From: Microbacterium sp.
Lineage (GTDB): Bacteria; Actinomycetota; Actinomycetes; Actinomycetales; Microbacteriaceae
Direction of reading: 5' to 3'
NCBI RefSeq assembly: GCF_043427715.1
Contig: NZ_JBHWTD010000103.1
Span: forward strand, 45,730-109,729
Length of the DNA stretch: 64,000 bases
Numbering within the stretch: position 1 is the first letter of the stretch; each line of letters starts with the position of its first letter. A program made the position numbers and the translations under genes. Below the pieces are notes generated by a model. The model saw nothing but the letters and a program-made list of their open reading frames with translations. It was not told where the DNA came from and did no database searches. This document shows, piece by piece, positions 21,071-30,214 of the stretch.

Positions 21071-21518
21071 CCCCGACGCCCCGCAGCTCGACCCGTCGCC
21101 GGAACTCGTCGCGGCGATCGATGCGGCCGCGGCCGCGTCCATCGCCGCACCGGAGGATAACACCGCACAGCAGAAGCTGTGGCGTGCGGTGTTCTCCCTC
21201 GACAAGTGGATCTTCATCGCCCGCGGCACGGACACGGAGCCGACGCCGTTCGCCGGGATGACGGAGTCCGGGCCGTCGATCTTCGCCTTCTCCACCGCGG
21301 AGCGCGCCATCCGCGCGGCGGCGGGCTTCGGCATCCCGGCAGAGGAAGCCGATCGGCTGCTCGCCGTTCCGCTGCCCGGGGCGTCCGGCTGGGTGGCCTC
21401 CCACGCCGAGGTGGGCGTCGAGGCCATGGTGTTCGACGCCGGCGCGATCGGCGCGTTCACTCCCCTGCAGAACCTCGCCGCGATGGCGGTCTGGTTCGAG
21501 GAGCACCCCGAGGCCTGA
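21063..21518 (+). CDS. hypothetical protein (possibly SseB-like)
   Basis: GTG 21063 overlaps the trpS stop. Codon third positions are GC-rich. I recognise no firm motif; the SseB-like impression is weak. Confidence 0.45.
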   Translation: MADPDAPQLDPSPELVAAIDAAAAASIAAPEDNTAQQKLWRAVFSLDKWIFIARGTDTEPTPFAGMTESGPSIFAFSTAERAIRAAAGFGIPAEEADRLLAVPLPGASGWVASHAEVGVEAMVFDAGAIGAFTPLQNLAAMAVWFEEHPEA

Positions 21519-21727
21519 GCCGGCCCACCCTGGTACGACCGCGCGGGGTGACGCTGAGGCCGTGCGCCCGTGCCGACGGCCGAGCTCGGCGGGCTGTCGC
21601 ACTCGACGACGAGCCACCCGTCGACGAGAAGGTCGACGTGGCCGACCCCTGCGAAGCGGACCTGGAGGTCCCTCTACCAGGCGCCGACCAACCAGCTCGT
21701 CGCCTGAGTTTCGCCCCGGACTCGAGC

Positions 21728-21934
21728 TCAGCGCGCGTCCGCAGCCACCCGCCGCGACGACCTCGTCGACCCGATCGGCATCATCGGCACGGCCAGACCG
21801 GCAAACGCGATCAGAGGCCAGAAGCTGCTCGACGCGACGGCCCACACAATCCCTACGATCGCAAGACCGATCGCGATCGACCACATCACGACCTTCAACC
21901 AGGCCGGGACCGCGGACTGCTTCCCGCTGCTCAT
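21728..21934 (-). CDS. small membrane protein (2 predicted TM helices)
   Basis: 68 codons with mostly G/C third positions and hydrophobic segments WSIAIGLAIVGIVWAV and FWPLIAFAGLAV. The upstream arrangement is leaderless-type. Confidence 0.5.
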   Translation of the reverse strand: MSSGKQSAVPAWLKVVMWSIAIGLAIVGIVWAVASSSFWPLIAFAGLAVPMMPIGSTRSSRRVAADAR

Positions 21935-21940
21935 GCCCGA

Positions 21941-21946
21941 AGCCTA
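21941..21946 (-). promoter_or_regulatory. -10-like TAGGCT, 6 nt before the ATG of the small membrane protein gene
   Basis: The minus strand reads TAGGCT-tcgggc-ATG. Confidence 0.4.
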
Positions 21947-22071
21947 TCCGCCGACCTCACGTGCCCTACGAGACGCACACGACGTTCCCAGCAGTCACCC
22001 TCGTCGCGCTTGAGAGAGAACATAGGGGCACCCCCCCTGGCGCGGGCGGCGACGAGTGGCAGGATGGCGGC

Positions 22072-22947
22072 ATGCCGGAGATGCCAGAGGTCCAGGGGCT
22101 CGTCGACTTCCTGCGCGGCCGCGCGACCGGCCTGACGGTGACGAAGGTGTCGGTCGCGAACATCGCCGCCCTGAAGACGTACGACCCGCCGATCGACGCC
22201 TTCGTCGGCGGCTCGGTCACCGCGGTCACGCGCCACGGCAAGTTCATCGATCTGACCACGGATGCCGCGTCCACCGGCCCCGTGCACCTCATCTTCCACC
22301 TGGCCAAAGCCGGCTGGCTGCGCTGGTACGAACAGCTCCCGACGACGGTGATCCGGCCGGGAAAGACGCCGATCGCCCTGCGGGTGGCGTTCGATGACGG
22401 GTCGGGGTTCGATCTGACCGAGGCGGGCACGAAGAAGTCGCTCGCCTACTACGCGGCTCGCTCCCCCGCGGACGTGCCCGGCATCGCGCGATTGGGACCG
22501 GATCCGCTGGATGCCACGTTCACCCGTGCCGCCTTGGCAGCACTGCTCGCCGGACGACGCACGCAGATCAAGGGCGTGCTGCGCGACCAGTCCATCGTGG
22601 CGGGCATCGGCAACGCCTACTCCGACGAAATCCTCCACGCGGCGAAGATGTCGCCGTACGCCCTCGCCGCCACGCTGAGCGACGAGAACATCGATCGGCT
22701 CTACGCCGCGACCCGTGACACGCTGACGGAGGCCGTGACCGCGGCATCCGGAAAGCCGCCCGCAGACCTCAAGGACGCGAAGCGACGCGGCATGGCTGTC
22801 CATGGCAGACGCGGGCAGGCGTGCCCCGTGTGCGGCGACGAAGTGCGCTCGGTCTTCTTCGCCGACAACAGCCTCGAGTACTGCGCAACGTGTCAGACGG
22901 GTGGCAAGGTGCTCGCTGATCGCCGGTTGTCGCGACTGCTCAAGTAG
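22072..22947 (+). CDS. Fpg/Nei family DNA glycosylase / AP lyase
   Basis: N-terminal MPEMPEV (catalytic Pro2/Glu3 context) and a C-terminal zinc finger CPVCGDEV...CATCQ. The upstream part of ORF 21562..22947 is rejected. Confidence 0.85.
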   Translation: MPEMPEVQGLVDFLRGRATGLTVTKVSVANIAALKTYDPPIDAFVGGSVTAVTRHGKFIDLTTDAASTGPVHLIFHLAKAGWLRWYEQLPTTVIRPGKTPIALRVAFDDGSGFDLTEAGTKKSLAYYAARSPADVPGIARLGPDPLDATFTRAALAALLAGRRTQIKGVLRDQSIVAGIGNAYSDEILHAAKMSPYALAATLSDENIDRLYAATRDTLTEAVTAASGKPPADLKDAKRRGMAVHGRRGQACPVCGDEVRSVFFADNSLEYCATCQTGGKVLADRRLSRLLK

Positions 22948-22961
22948 CGGCGGACGCTGCG

Positions 22962-22998
22962 ACGCCCCACCGCCGGTCGAAACCGGGCGGCGGGGCGT
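22962..22998. terminator. Imperfect GC-rich hairpin between convergent fpg/nei and glpK
   Basis: Stem ACGCCCCaCCGCCGGT-cgaa-ACCgGGCGGcGGGGCGT. Confidence 0.4.
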
Positions 22999-23014
22999 TC
23001 GCTCGCGGGTGGGC

Positions 23015-24532
23015 TCAGTTGACGTCGTCGTCGACCCAGTCGAACGACTTGGTGACGGCCTTCTTCCACAGCCGCAGCTGACGCTCGCGCTCAGCGACGT
23101 CGTCGCTGGGCTCCCAGCGAGCGTCCTCCTGCCAGTTGGCGCGCAACTCATCGAGGTCAGACCAGAAGCCGACGGCGAGACCGGCAGCGTACGCGGCGCC
23201 GAGTGCCGTCGTCTCCGCGACGACCGGACGGACGACGGGCACACCGAGCATGTCGGCCTGGAACTGCATGAGGGTGTCGTTGGCCGTCATGCCGCCGTCG
23301 ACCTTGAGCTCTTCGAGGTCGACGCCGGAGTCCGCGTTGACGGCGTCGAGAACCTCACGCGTCTGGAACGCGGTTGCCTCGAGCGCGGCGCGGGCGATGT
23401 GCCCGCGGTTCGCGAACCGGGTGAGGCCGACGATCGCGCCGCGCGCCTCGGGGCGCCAGTACGGCGCGAACAGCCCCGAGAACGCGGGAACGACGTAGAC
23501 GCCGCCGTTGTCTTCGACGGATGCCGCGAGCTTCTCAACCTCGGGCGCCGATGAGATCAAGCCGACCTGGTCGCGCAACCACTGGATGAGCGATCCGGTC
23601 ACGGCGATCGATCCTTCCAGTGCGTACCGAGCGGGCTGGTCGCCGAGCTTGTAGCCGACGGTCGTCAGCAGTCCGTTGCGGGAGTGAACGATCTCTTCAC
23701 CGGTCTGGAAGATCAGGAAGTTGCCGGTGCCGTAGGTGTTCTTGCTCTCGCCCTTCTCGAACGCGGCCTGGCCGAATGTCGCGGCCTGCTGATCGCCGAG
23801 GATGCCAGAAATAGGGGTCTCGCGCAGCAGCGACGAGTCCTCCGCGGTGCCGTACACCTCGGACGAGGAGCGGATCTCGGGCATCATCGACAGCGGCACG
23901 CCGAAGTCCGCGAGGATGTCCTCACGCCACTGCAGTGTCTCGAGGTCCATGAAGAGGGTGCGCGATGCGTTGGTCACGTCGGTGACGTGGACGCCGCCGT
24001 CGGTGCCGCCGGTCAGGTTCCACAACACCCAGGTGTCGGTGGTGCCGAAGATGAGGTCGCCGGCTTCCGCGCGCTCGCGGGCGCCGTCGACGTTCTCGAG
24101 GATCCAAGCGATCTTCGTGCCCGAGAAGTAGGTCGCCAGCGGCAGCCCGACGATGCCCTTGTACCGCTCGGTGCCGAGGCCCTCGGTGGCGAGCCGGTCG
24201 ACGATTGCCTGCGTGCGAGTGTCCTGCCAGACGATCGCGTTGTACACGGGCTGGCCGGTGCGCTTGTCCCAGACGACAGCCGTCTCGCGCTGATTGGTGA
24301 TGCCGATGGCGGCGATGTCGTGGCGGGTGAGATCGGCCTTGGCGAGCGCGATGCCGATCACTTCCTGGACGTTGCGCCAGATCTCGAGGGCGTCGTGCTC
24401 GACCCAGCCGGCGCGCGGCAGGATCTGCTCGTGCTCCTTCTGGCCGGTGGCGATGATCGAGCCGCCGTGGTCGAAGATGATCGCGCGGCTGGATGTGGTG
24501 CCCTGATCGATTGCGATGATGTAGTCAGCCAT
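23015..24532 (-). CDS. glpK: glycerol kinase
   Basis: [20 protein letters not shown] is an FGGY kinase N-terminus. Length is 505 aa. The SD is AAGGAAG. Confidence 0.95.
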   Translation of the reverse strand: MADYIIAIDQGTTSSRAIIFDHGGSIIATGQKEHEQILPRAGWVEHDALEIWRNVQEVIGIALAKADLTRHDIAAIGITNQRETAVVWDKRTGQPVYNAIVWQDTRTQAIVDRLATEGLGTERYKGIVGLPLATYFSGTKIAWILENVDGARERAEAGDLIFGTTDTWVLWNLTGGTDGGVHVTDVTNASRTLFMDLETLQWREDILADFGVPLSMMPEIRSSSEVYGTAEDSSLLRETPISGILGDQQAATFGQAAFEKGESKNTYGTGNFLIFQTGEEIVHSRNGLLTTVGYKLGDQPARYALEGSIAVTGSLIQWLRDQVGLISSAPEVEKLAASVEDNGGVYVVPAFSGLFAPYWRPEARGAIVGLTRFANRGHIARAALEATAFQTREVLDAVNADSGVDLEELKVDGGMTANDTLMQFQADMLGVPVVRPVVAETTALGAAYAAGLAVGFWSDLDELRANWQEDARWEPSDDVAERERQLRLWKKAVTKSFDWVDDDVN

Positions 24533-24580
24533 GGGACTTCCTTGTCTTTCGTGAGTGGTTGAGAGCGCGGATGCTGGTGG

Positions 24581-25333
24581 TCAGACCATCGAGAGCAGTG
24601 CGGGTGCCGCGACGGCGGCGATGGCGCCACCGATAAGAGGACCGACGACGGGAACCCATGCGTACGACCAGTCGCTCGAGCCCTTGCCCTTGATCGGGAG
24701 CACCGCGTGCGCGATACGCGGGCCGAGGTCACGGGCAGGGTTGATGGCGTAACCGGTGGGGCCACCGAGCGAGGCGCCGATACCGACCACGAGCAGTGCG
24801 ACCGGCAGCGCGGTGAGCGGGCCGAGGCCGCCGGGGGTGCCGACCTGGATGTCGCCGTAGTCGGCGAACGCGAAGATCGTGAAGACGAGGACGAACGTCC
24901 CGATGACCTCGGTGACGAGGTTCCAGCCGTAGGAGCGGATTGCCGGGCCGGTGGCGAACACGCCGAGCTTGGTGGCGGCATCCGATTCGCCGTCGAAGTG
25001 CTGCTTGTAGGCGAGCCAGCACAGCACCGCACCGAGGAACGCACCGACCAGTTGGCCTGCGACGGCGACGAAGAAGAGCGTCACCTCGAGGTCACCGGCG
25101 AGGAGCAGTCCGAGCGAGACGGCCGGGTTGAGCTGGGCTCCCGAGTACGCGGAGCCGAGCACACCGATGAACACCGCCAGACCCCAACCCCAGTTGATCA
25201 TCAGCGTGCCGCCGCCGAGGCCTTTCGACTTCGCCAGGAGCACATTGGCGACCACGCCGCAGCCGAGCAGGGTCAGCAGTCCGGTGCCGACCGTCTCTGA
25301 CACGAAGTAGAGCCAGATGTTGATGTCGTTCAT
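24581..25333 (-). CDS. glpF: aquaglyceroporin / glycerol uptake facilitator (MIP family)
   Basis: Two NPA boxes (QLNPAVSLG, INPARDLGPR). ATG 25333. The upstream extension in the ORF track is rejected. Confidence 0.9.
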   Translation of the reverse strand: MNDINIWLYFVSETVGTGLLTLLGCGVVANVLLAKSKGLGGGTLMINWGWGLAVFIGVLGSAYSGAQLNPAVSLGLLLAGDLEVTLFFVAVAGQLVGAFLGAVLCWLAYKQHFDGESDAATKLGVFATGPAIRSYGWNLVTEVIGTFVLVFTIFAFADYGDIQVGTPGGLGPLTALPVALLVVGIGASLGGPTGYAINPARDLGPRIAHAVLPIKGKGSSDWSYAWVPVVGPLIGGAIAAVAAPALLSMV

Positions 25334-25436
25334 GTGTCGTCGTTGACCTTTCGATTCATGCCCGATGACGACCGTCGTCATCGACCCATCAGTGCCCGGT
25401 GCGTGTGTGCGCTTCGACGCCGGACGCGCCGGAGTG

Positions 25437-27158
25437 TCAGACCAGCTCTGCGTGGTGGTCTTCGTTGACGGCGATGCGGTGGTGCTCGCGCAGGATGCGC
25501 ACCGCGTCGTCGACCTGCGCCGCCCGCGCGTCGCCGTCCCATCCGAGCACGTCGCCGACCGCGGCAGCGAGCTGGCGCAGACCGCCGATCGTCGCACCGC
25601 CGACGAAGGCGACCGAGGTGCGCCGCAGCAGCACATCGGTGAGCGTCACGACATCTTCGGTCCGAGCGAGGTAGGCGATCTCTTCGCCGAAGTAGCCGGG
25701 CACCGATGTGAGTTCTTCGGCGTCGTACGGGATCGCTGCGAGCACATCGCTCGCCCGCGTGCCGTACCGTTCGAGCATCCGATCGGCCAGCGCCGCGGCG
25801 TGCGCACCGCGATGCTGTTCGATCCATCGGGCACGGGCACCCGGGGTGCGCGGGTAGTCGGCGCCGCCGCCGATGCTCAGCTCCGCCGTCGAGACCGTTC
25901 GGGCATGTCCGAGCAACGAGAGTGCATTGGAGGTGACGTCTGCGGCGACGGCGCGGAACGTGGTCCACTTTCCGCCCACAAGGCTCAGCACCGGCGTGCC
26001 GGCTGCGTCGCCGCGTTCGATGCGGTAATCACGTGAAACGAAGCCCGGCGCCATGTCATCATGCCGGGGCAGCGGGCGGATGCCGGAGAAGGTGTACCTG
26101 ATCTGCGAGCGGTCGACAGCGATGTCGGGGAAGACGTGCCCGATCAGATCGAAGAAGTAGTCGATCTCGTCGTCGGTGCACACCATCTGCTCTCGAGGGT
26201 CGGCGTCGATGTCGGTGGTGCCGACCATGACGCGCCCCTTCAACGGATAGATCAACACGATGCGGCCGTCGGAGTGCTCGAAGAAGATCTCGTTGCCGCC
26301 GGTCGCGGCGCTGAGCTCATCGTTCTCGAGGACGATGTGCGACCCCTTCGTGCCGCCCATGAAGGTGGTCGGCTGACCCAGCGCTTCGTTCGTGAGGTCT
26401 GTCCAGGGACCGCTCGTGTTGACGATGACGTCGGCGGTGAAACTGAAGCGCTCACCCGTGACCTCGTCGTGCAGCGTGATCTGGTTCCCGTCCACACCGT
26501 CGACGGAGAGGTAGTTCGCGGCACGAGCCTGGTCGCCGCCGGCGCGGACCCCGTCGAACAGCACGTCGAGGGCAAGCCGCTCCGGGTCGTGCATCGACGC
26601 GTCGTAGTAGCTCGCGGTGTACTTCACACCCGGGTTCATGCGCGGGAAGGCCTGCCGCGACCGCTTCGCGCGGCGGAAGACGTGCCGCGGCACCGAGCCA
26701 CCGTCGCGCGAGAAGGTGTCGTAGATCATGAGGCCGACCTTGATGAGCAGCGCGCCGCGCTCGTTCGGCTTTCCGGTGCCGTGCGTGAACAGCAGGCGGA
26801 ACGGGGCCGTGAGAATGCCGGAGAAGGTCTTGAAGATCGGGATCGTCGTCTCGAGCGGGCGGACGTAGTGCGGTGCCGTGCGCAACAGCCGGTTACGCTC
26901 GGTGACCGCTTCCTTCACGAGACGGAACTCGCCGTTCTCGAGGTAGCGAACGCCGCCGTGGACCATGTGGCTGGATGCCGACGAGGCGCCGGACACGTAG
27001 TCGCCACGCTCCACGAGGGCGACGTCGACTCCCTGCAGCGCGAGGTCGCGGAACGTGGCGATGCCGTTGATCCCGCCACCGATCACGAGCACCTGGGCAT
27101 GGGGCCGCTCGCGCAGCGCCTCAACCTGCGGGCGGGTGTGCTGGTGCCGTGTGCTCAT
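25437..27158 (-). CDS. glpD: FAD-dependent glycerol-3-phosphate dehydrogenase
   Basis: The dinucleotide fold VLVIGGGINGIATFRDLALQG is followed by SSASSHMVHGGVRYLE. ATG 27158 has the SD AAGGAAGGG. Confidence 0.9.
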   Translation of the reverse strand: MSTRHQHTRPQVEALRERPHAQVLVIGGGINGIATFRDLALQGVDVALVERGDYVSGASSASSHMVHGGVRYLENGEFRLVKEAVTERNRLLRTAPHYVRPLETTIPIFKTFSGILTAPFRLLFTHGTGKPNERGALLIKVGLMIYDTFSRDGGSVPRHVFRRAKRSRQAFPRMNPGVKYTASYYDASMHDPERLALDVLFDGVRAGGDQARAANYLSVDGVDGNQITLHDEVTGERFSFTADVIVNTSGPWTDLTNEALGQPTTFMGGTKGSHIVLENDELSAATGGNEIFFEHSDGRIVLIYPLKGRVMVGTTDIDADPREQMVCTDDEIDYFFDLIGHVFPDIAVDRSQIRYTFSGIRPLPRHDDMAPGFVSRDYRIERGDAAGTPVLSLVGGKWTTFRAVAADVTSNALSLLGHARTVSTAELSIGGGADYPRTPGARARWIEQHRGAHAAALADRMLERYGTRASDVLAAIPYDAEELTSVPGYFGEEIAYLARTEDVVTLTDVLLRRTSVAFVGGATIGGLRQLAAAVGDVLGWDGDARAAQVDDAVRILREHHRIAVNEDHHAELV

Positions 27159-27226
27159 AGTGACGAGTGCCCTTCCTTGGAACGTCTGCCCATGCTCACC
27201 GCGATCGCACGCATGCGCAACCCGCT

Positions 27227-27240
27227 TGCACATATGTGCA
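27227..27240. promoter_or_regulatory. Perfect 14-bp palindrome TGCACATATGTGCA in the glpD / regulator divergent region
   Basis: It lies 68 nt from the glpD ATG and 76 nt from the regulator ATG, with an AT-rich centre. Confidence 0.45.
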
Positions 27241-27316
27241 GGAATCGACGAGAATCGATCCGGAAACCACCTCGACGGCGCGCCGCCGCCTGCCCGGACT
27301 GAACGGATGCGTACGC

Positions 27317-28297
27317 ATGGACAGAGCCGCCGAAGCCTTGCGAGCCGCTCAGCTCTACTACGTCCAAGGCGCCGGGATGGCCGCTATCGCCGCAGAGATG
27401 CGCGTGTCGCGCTCAACGGTGTCGCGACTCCTCGCCTACGCGCGAGACAGCGGCCTCGTCGAGATCACCGTCCACTCCCCACAGGAGGATCGCGACCACG
27501 TCGCCGGCCGTATCGCCCGCACGTACGGCGTGCGCGTGCACATCGTCCCGACGCCGAGCCACGTCAACGCCGCCGAGCGCCTGGACCGCACGGCGCGGAG
27601 CGCTGCCCGGCTGGTGGCGCTCCACACCGACACCAACACGGTGATCGGGATCGCGTGGGGCGCGACACTCTCGGCGGTGTCACGGCACCTGCCGAAGAAG
27701 CCACTCCACGGCACCCGTGTCGTGCAGTTGAACGGGGCCGCGAACGAATCGACGTCGGGCGTGCCGTACTCATCCAGCATCCTGCAAGCGTTCGCCGAAG
27801 CGTTCGGCGCGACTACCGACCTCTTCCCGGTGCCCGCACTGTTCGACGACCCGCAGACCAAGCGCGCGATGTGGCGCGAGCGAGCCGTGCGATCCGTGCT
27901 GGACGTGCAAGCACGCGCAAGCGTCATCATTTTCGGGCTCGGCTCGCCCCACGCCGAAGTGCCCTCACACGTCTACTCCGGCGAGTACCTGTCACCGCGC
28001 GACCTGGCGGAGCTCAGCACACACGGCGTCGTGGGCGACTGCGCCACAGTGTTCTTCCGCGCCGACGGCTCCACCGACGACATCCCGCTCAACGAGCGTT
28101 CGAGCGGTCCCTCGTTCGACACGCTGCGTGCGGCCGCGCACCGCATCTGCGTGATCTCGAGCGGCTCGAAGCTCGCGGCGCTCCGCGGCGCCCTCGCGGC
28201 CGATCTCATCACCGATCTCGTCATCGAGGAGTCCGCCGCACGGATGCTGGTGCGCTCAGCAGCCGGCGCTGCGCCCGGTACCGATCCGTGGGAATGA
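27317..28297 (+). CDS. SorC/DeoR-type sugar-binding transcriptional regulator
   Basis: N-terminal HTH (QGAGMAAIAAEMRVSRSTVSRLLAYARDSG) plus a C-terminal SorC-type effector domain. It is divergent from glpDFK. Confidence 0.8.
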   Translation: MDRAAEALRAAQLYYVQGAGMAAIAAEMRVSRSTVSRLLAYARDSGLVEITVHSPQEDRDHVAGRIARTYGVRVHIVPTPSHVNAAERLDRTARSAARLVALHTDTNTVIGIAWGATLSAVSRHLPKKPLHGTRVVQLNGAANESTSGVPYSSSILQAFAEAFGATTDLFPVPALFDDPQTKRAMWRERAVRSVLDVQARASVIIFGLGSPHAEVPSHVYSGEYLSPRDLAELSTHGVVGDCATVFFRADGSTDDIPLNERSSGPSFDTLRAAAHRICVISSGSKLAALRGALAADLITDLVIEESAARMLVRSAAGAAPGTDPWE

Positions 28298-28338
28298 AAC
28301 CACGATCCGCCGGTTGACTACACTCGAGAGCAAGAAAA

Positions 28339-28476
28339 CGTGCTCCGGGGTCGGTGGGAATCCGAACCGGCGGTGACAGTCCGCGAGCGAGGCCCTCCAG
28401 ACCTCGTTGATCCGGTGGAAATCCGGGACCGACGGTGATGTGACGAGAGTCGCTAGTCCGGATGGGAGGCAGCACG
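28339..28476 (+). promoter_or_regulatory. FMN riboswitch (RFN element)
   Basis: It contains the conserved RFN blocks GCTCCGGGGTCGGTGGGAATCCGAACCGGCGGT, AGTCCGCGAGC, GATCCGGTGGAAATCCGGGACCGACGGT and AGTCCGGATGGGAGGCAGCACG. It lies directly upstream of ribD. Confidence 0.85.
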
Positions 28477-28547
28477 AGAGGTCGCGGCGACGCCGCGGAC
28501 CTCCCAGCTCTGCACCCTGCCCCGGACACCCCACTGTGAGGATCCGG

Positions 28548-29570
28548 ATGAGTGTCACCGAGGCAGAACGCGACGCCCTTCGTCGCGCCTTCGCGCTCGC
28601 CCTGAACGGCCCGCGCGGCGAGAACCCGCAGGTCGGCGCCGTCATCCTCTCCCCCGGGGGCACCGTTCTCGCCGAAGGCTGGCACCGCGGCGCCGGCACC
28701 CCGCACGCCGAAGTGGACGCGCTTTCGCAGATTCCCGCGGATGCCGCACGCGGAGCGACCGCTGTCGTCAGCCTCGAGCCGTGCAACAACACCGGCCGCA
28801 CCGGTCCGTGTGCGCAGGCGCTCATCGAGGCGGGCATCTCCCGCGTCGTGTACGCGGTCACCGACCCCGGCGAGGCATCCTCGGGCGGGGCCGAGCGGCT
28901 CCGATCGGCCGGGGTGGACGTGGTCGGCGGTGCGCTGGAGGACGAGGGCGCCGCGCTCCTCGACTCCTGGCTGACGGTGCAGCGCCTGGGCAGGCCTCAC
29001 ATCACCGTGAAGTGGGCGCAGTCGCTGGACGGTCGGGCCGCGGCATCCGACGGCACCAGCCAGTGGATCACCGGACCCGACGCCCGTGCGGACGTGCACC
29101 GCCGCCGCGCGGAGGCCGACGCGATCATCGTCGGCACCGGGACCCTCCTCGCCGACGACCCCGCCCTCACCGCACGCCGCCCGGACGGGTCGCTCTTCGA
29201 GAATCAGCCGCGGCCGGTCGTGATCGGCACGCGCGCGGTGCCGCAGGAGGCGCTCGTGCGCCGCCACCCCCGCCCCTTCCTCCAGGACGAGGGTGAGGAT
29301 CTGCCCGACCTGCTCGACCGACTCCGACTCCTCGGCGCGCACCGCGTGTTCCTCGAGGGCGGCCCCACCCTCGCCGGCGCGTTCCTGCGTGCCGGCCTGG
29401 TCGACGACGTGCTCGTGTACATCGCGCCGACCCTCCTGGGCGGCGACCGACTGGCCGTGGGCGACCTCGGCATCCCGACCATCACCGCGCAGCGCCGGCT
29501 CACCGTGCGCGCGATCGAACGCCTCGGCGACGACCTCCTCGTCATCGCCACTCCGAAAGAGAGCAGCTGA
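28548..29570 (+). CDS. ribD: bifunctional riboflavin-biosynthesis deaminase/reductase
   Basis: Deaminase motifs HAEVDAL and LEPCNNTGRTGPC, with a C-terminal reductase domain. ATG 28548. Confidence 0.9.
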   Translation: MSVTEAERDALRRAFALALNGPRGENPQVGAVILSPGGTVLAEGWHRGAGTPHAEVDALSQIPADAARGATAVVSLEPCNNTGRTGPCAQALIEAGISRVVYAVTDPGEASSGGAERLRSAGVDVVGGALEDEGAALLDSWLTVQRLGRPHITVKWAQSLDGRAAASDGTSQWITGPDARADVHRRRAEADAIIVGTGTLLADDPALTARRPDGSLFENQPRPVVIGTRAVPQEALVRRHPRPFLQDEGEDLPDLLDRLRLLGAHRVFLEGGPTLAGAFLRAGLVDDVLVYIAPTLLGGDRLAVGDLGIPTITAQRRLTVRAIERLGDDLLVIATPKESS

Positions 29571-30214
29571 TGTTCACCGGAATCATCGAAGAGCAGGGGA
29601 CGGTCACCGCGATCGACCCCTCCGGCGACGGCGTGCGCCTCACGGTGCGCGCGCCGCAGGCGGTATCGGATGCCGCGCGCGGCGACTCCATCGCCATCAG
29701 CGGTGTCTGCCTCACCGTCACCGACCAGACCCCTGAAGGGTTCACGGCCGACGTGATGCGCCAGACCCTCGACATGTCGACGCTCGGCGCCTTCGCCCCC
29801 GGCGCCCCGGTCAACGTCGAGCGGGCCCTCGCCGCGCACGCACGCCTGGGCGGGCACATCGTGCAGGGCCACATCGACGGAACCGGCGAGATTCTCGAGG
29901 TGCGGCCCGGCGCTCAGTGGCGCGTCATGCGCATCTCGCTGCCGGCGCCGCTCGCGCCGCTCGTCGTGGACAAAGGCTCGATCGCCGTCGACGGCGTCTC
30001 ACTCACCGTCTCGGCGGTCTCCGACGCGGCAGCCGACGCGCACTGGTTCGAGATCTCACTCATCCCCGAGACCCTCGAGGTCACGACCCTCGGCGCCCGC
30101 ATCGTCGGTGACCGGGTCAATCTCGAGACCGACGTCTTGGCGCGCCACGTGCAGCGCCTGCTCCGCTTCTCCCCGACGATTCTCACCCCCGCAGAAGAAG
30201 GAGGCTCCCGTTGA
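29570..30214 (+). CDS. ribE: riboflavin synthase
   Basis: Begins MFTGIIEEQG with the internal duplicated fold. Length is 214 aa. Confidence 0.9.
   Translation: MFTGIIEEQGTVTAIDPSGDGVRLTVRAPQAVSDAARGDSIAISGVCLTVTDQTPEGFTADVMRQTLDMSTLGAFAPGAPVNVERALAAHARLGGHIVQGHIDGTGEILEVRPGAQWRVMRISLPAPLAPLVVDKGSIAVDGVSLTVSAVSDAAADAHWFEISLIPETLEVTTLGARIVGDRVNLETDVLARHVQRLLRFSPTILTPAEEGGSR

Noticed and set aside
21540-21727. Acidic plus-strand reading frame (…VALDDEPPVDEKVDVADPCEADLEVPLPG…) between the SseB-like gene and the small membrane gene
   Set aside because: It has no convincing start or SD, only a moderate GC3 bias, and runs into the antisense of the small membrane gene without a stop. There is not enough evidence to call a CDS.
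22005-22027. Partial similarity (TTGAGAGAGAACATAGG) to the right half of the sdh/icd motif, upstream of fpg/nei
   Set aside because: Only a half-site-like stretch matches. There is no palindromic partner and no GCAAAGT flank. This is compatible with chance.
28477-28547. Hairpin GGTCGCGG-cgacg-CCGCGGACC after the FMN aptamer, read as a classical intrinsic terminator
   Set aside because: The stem is imperfect (one bulge) and is not followed by a U-tract. It may be part of the expression platform, but I cannot assign a transcriptional or translational mechanism from the sequence alone.
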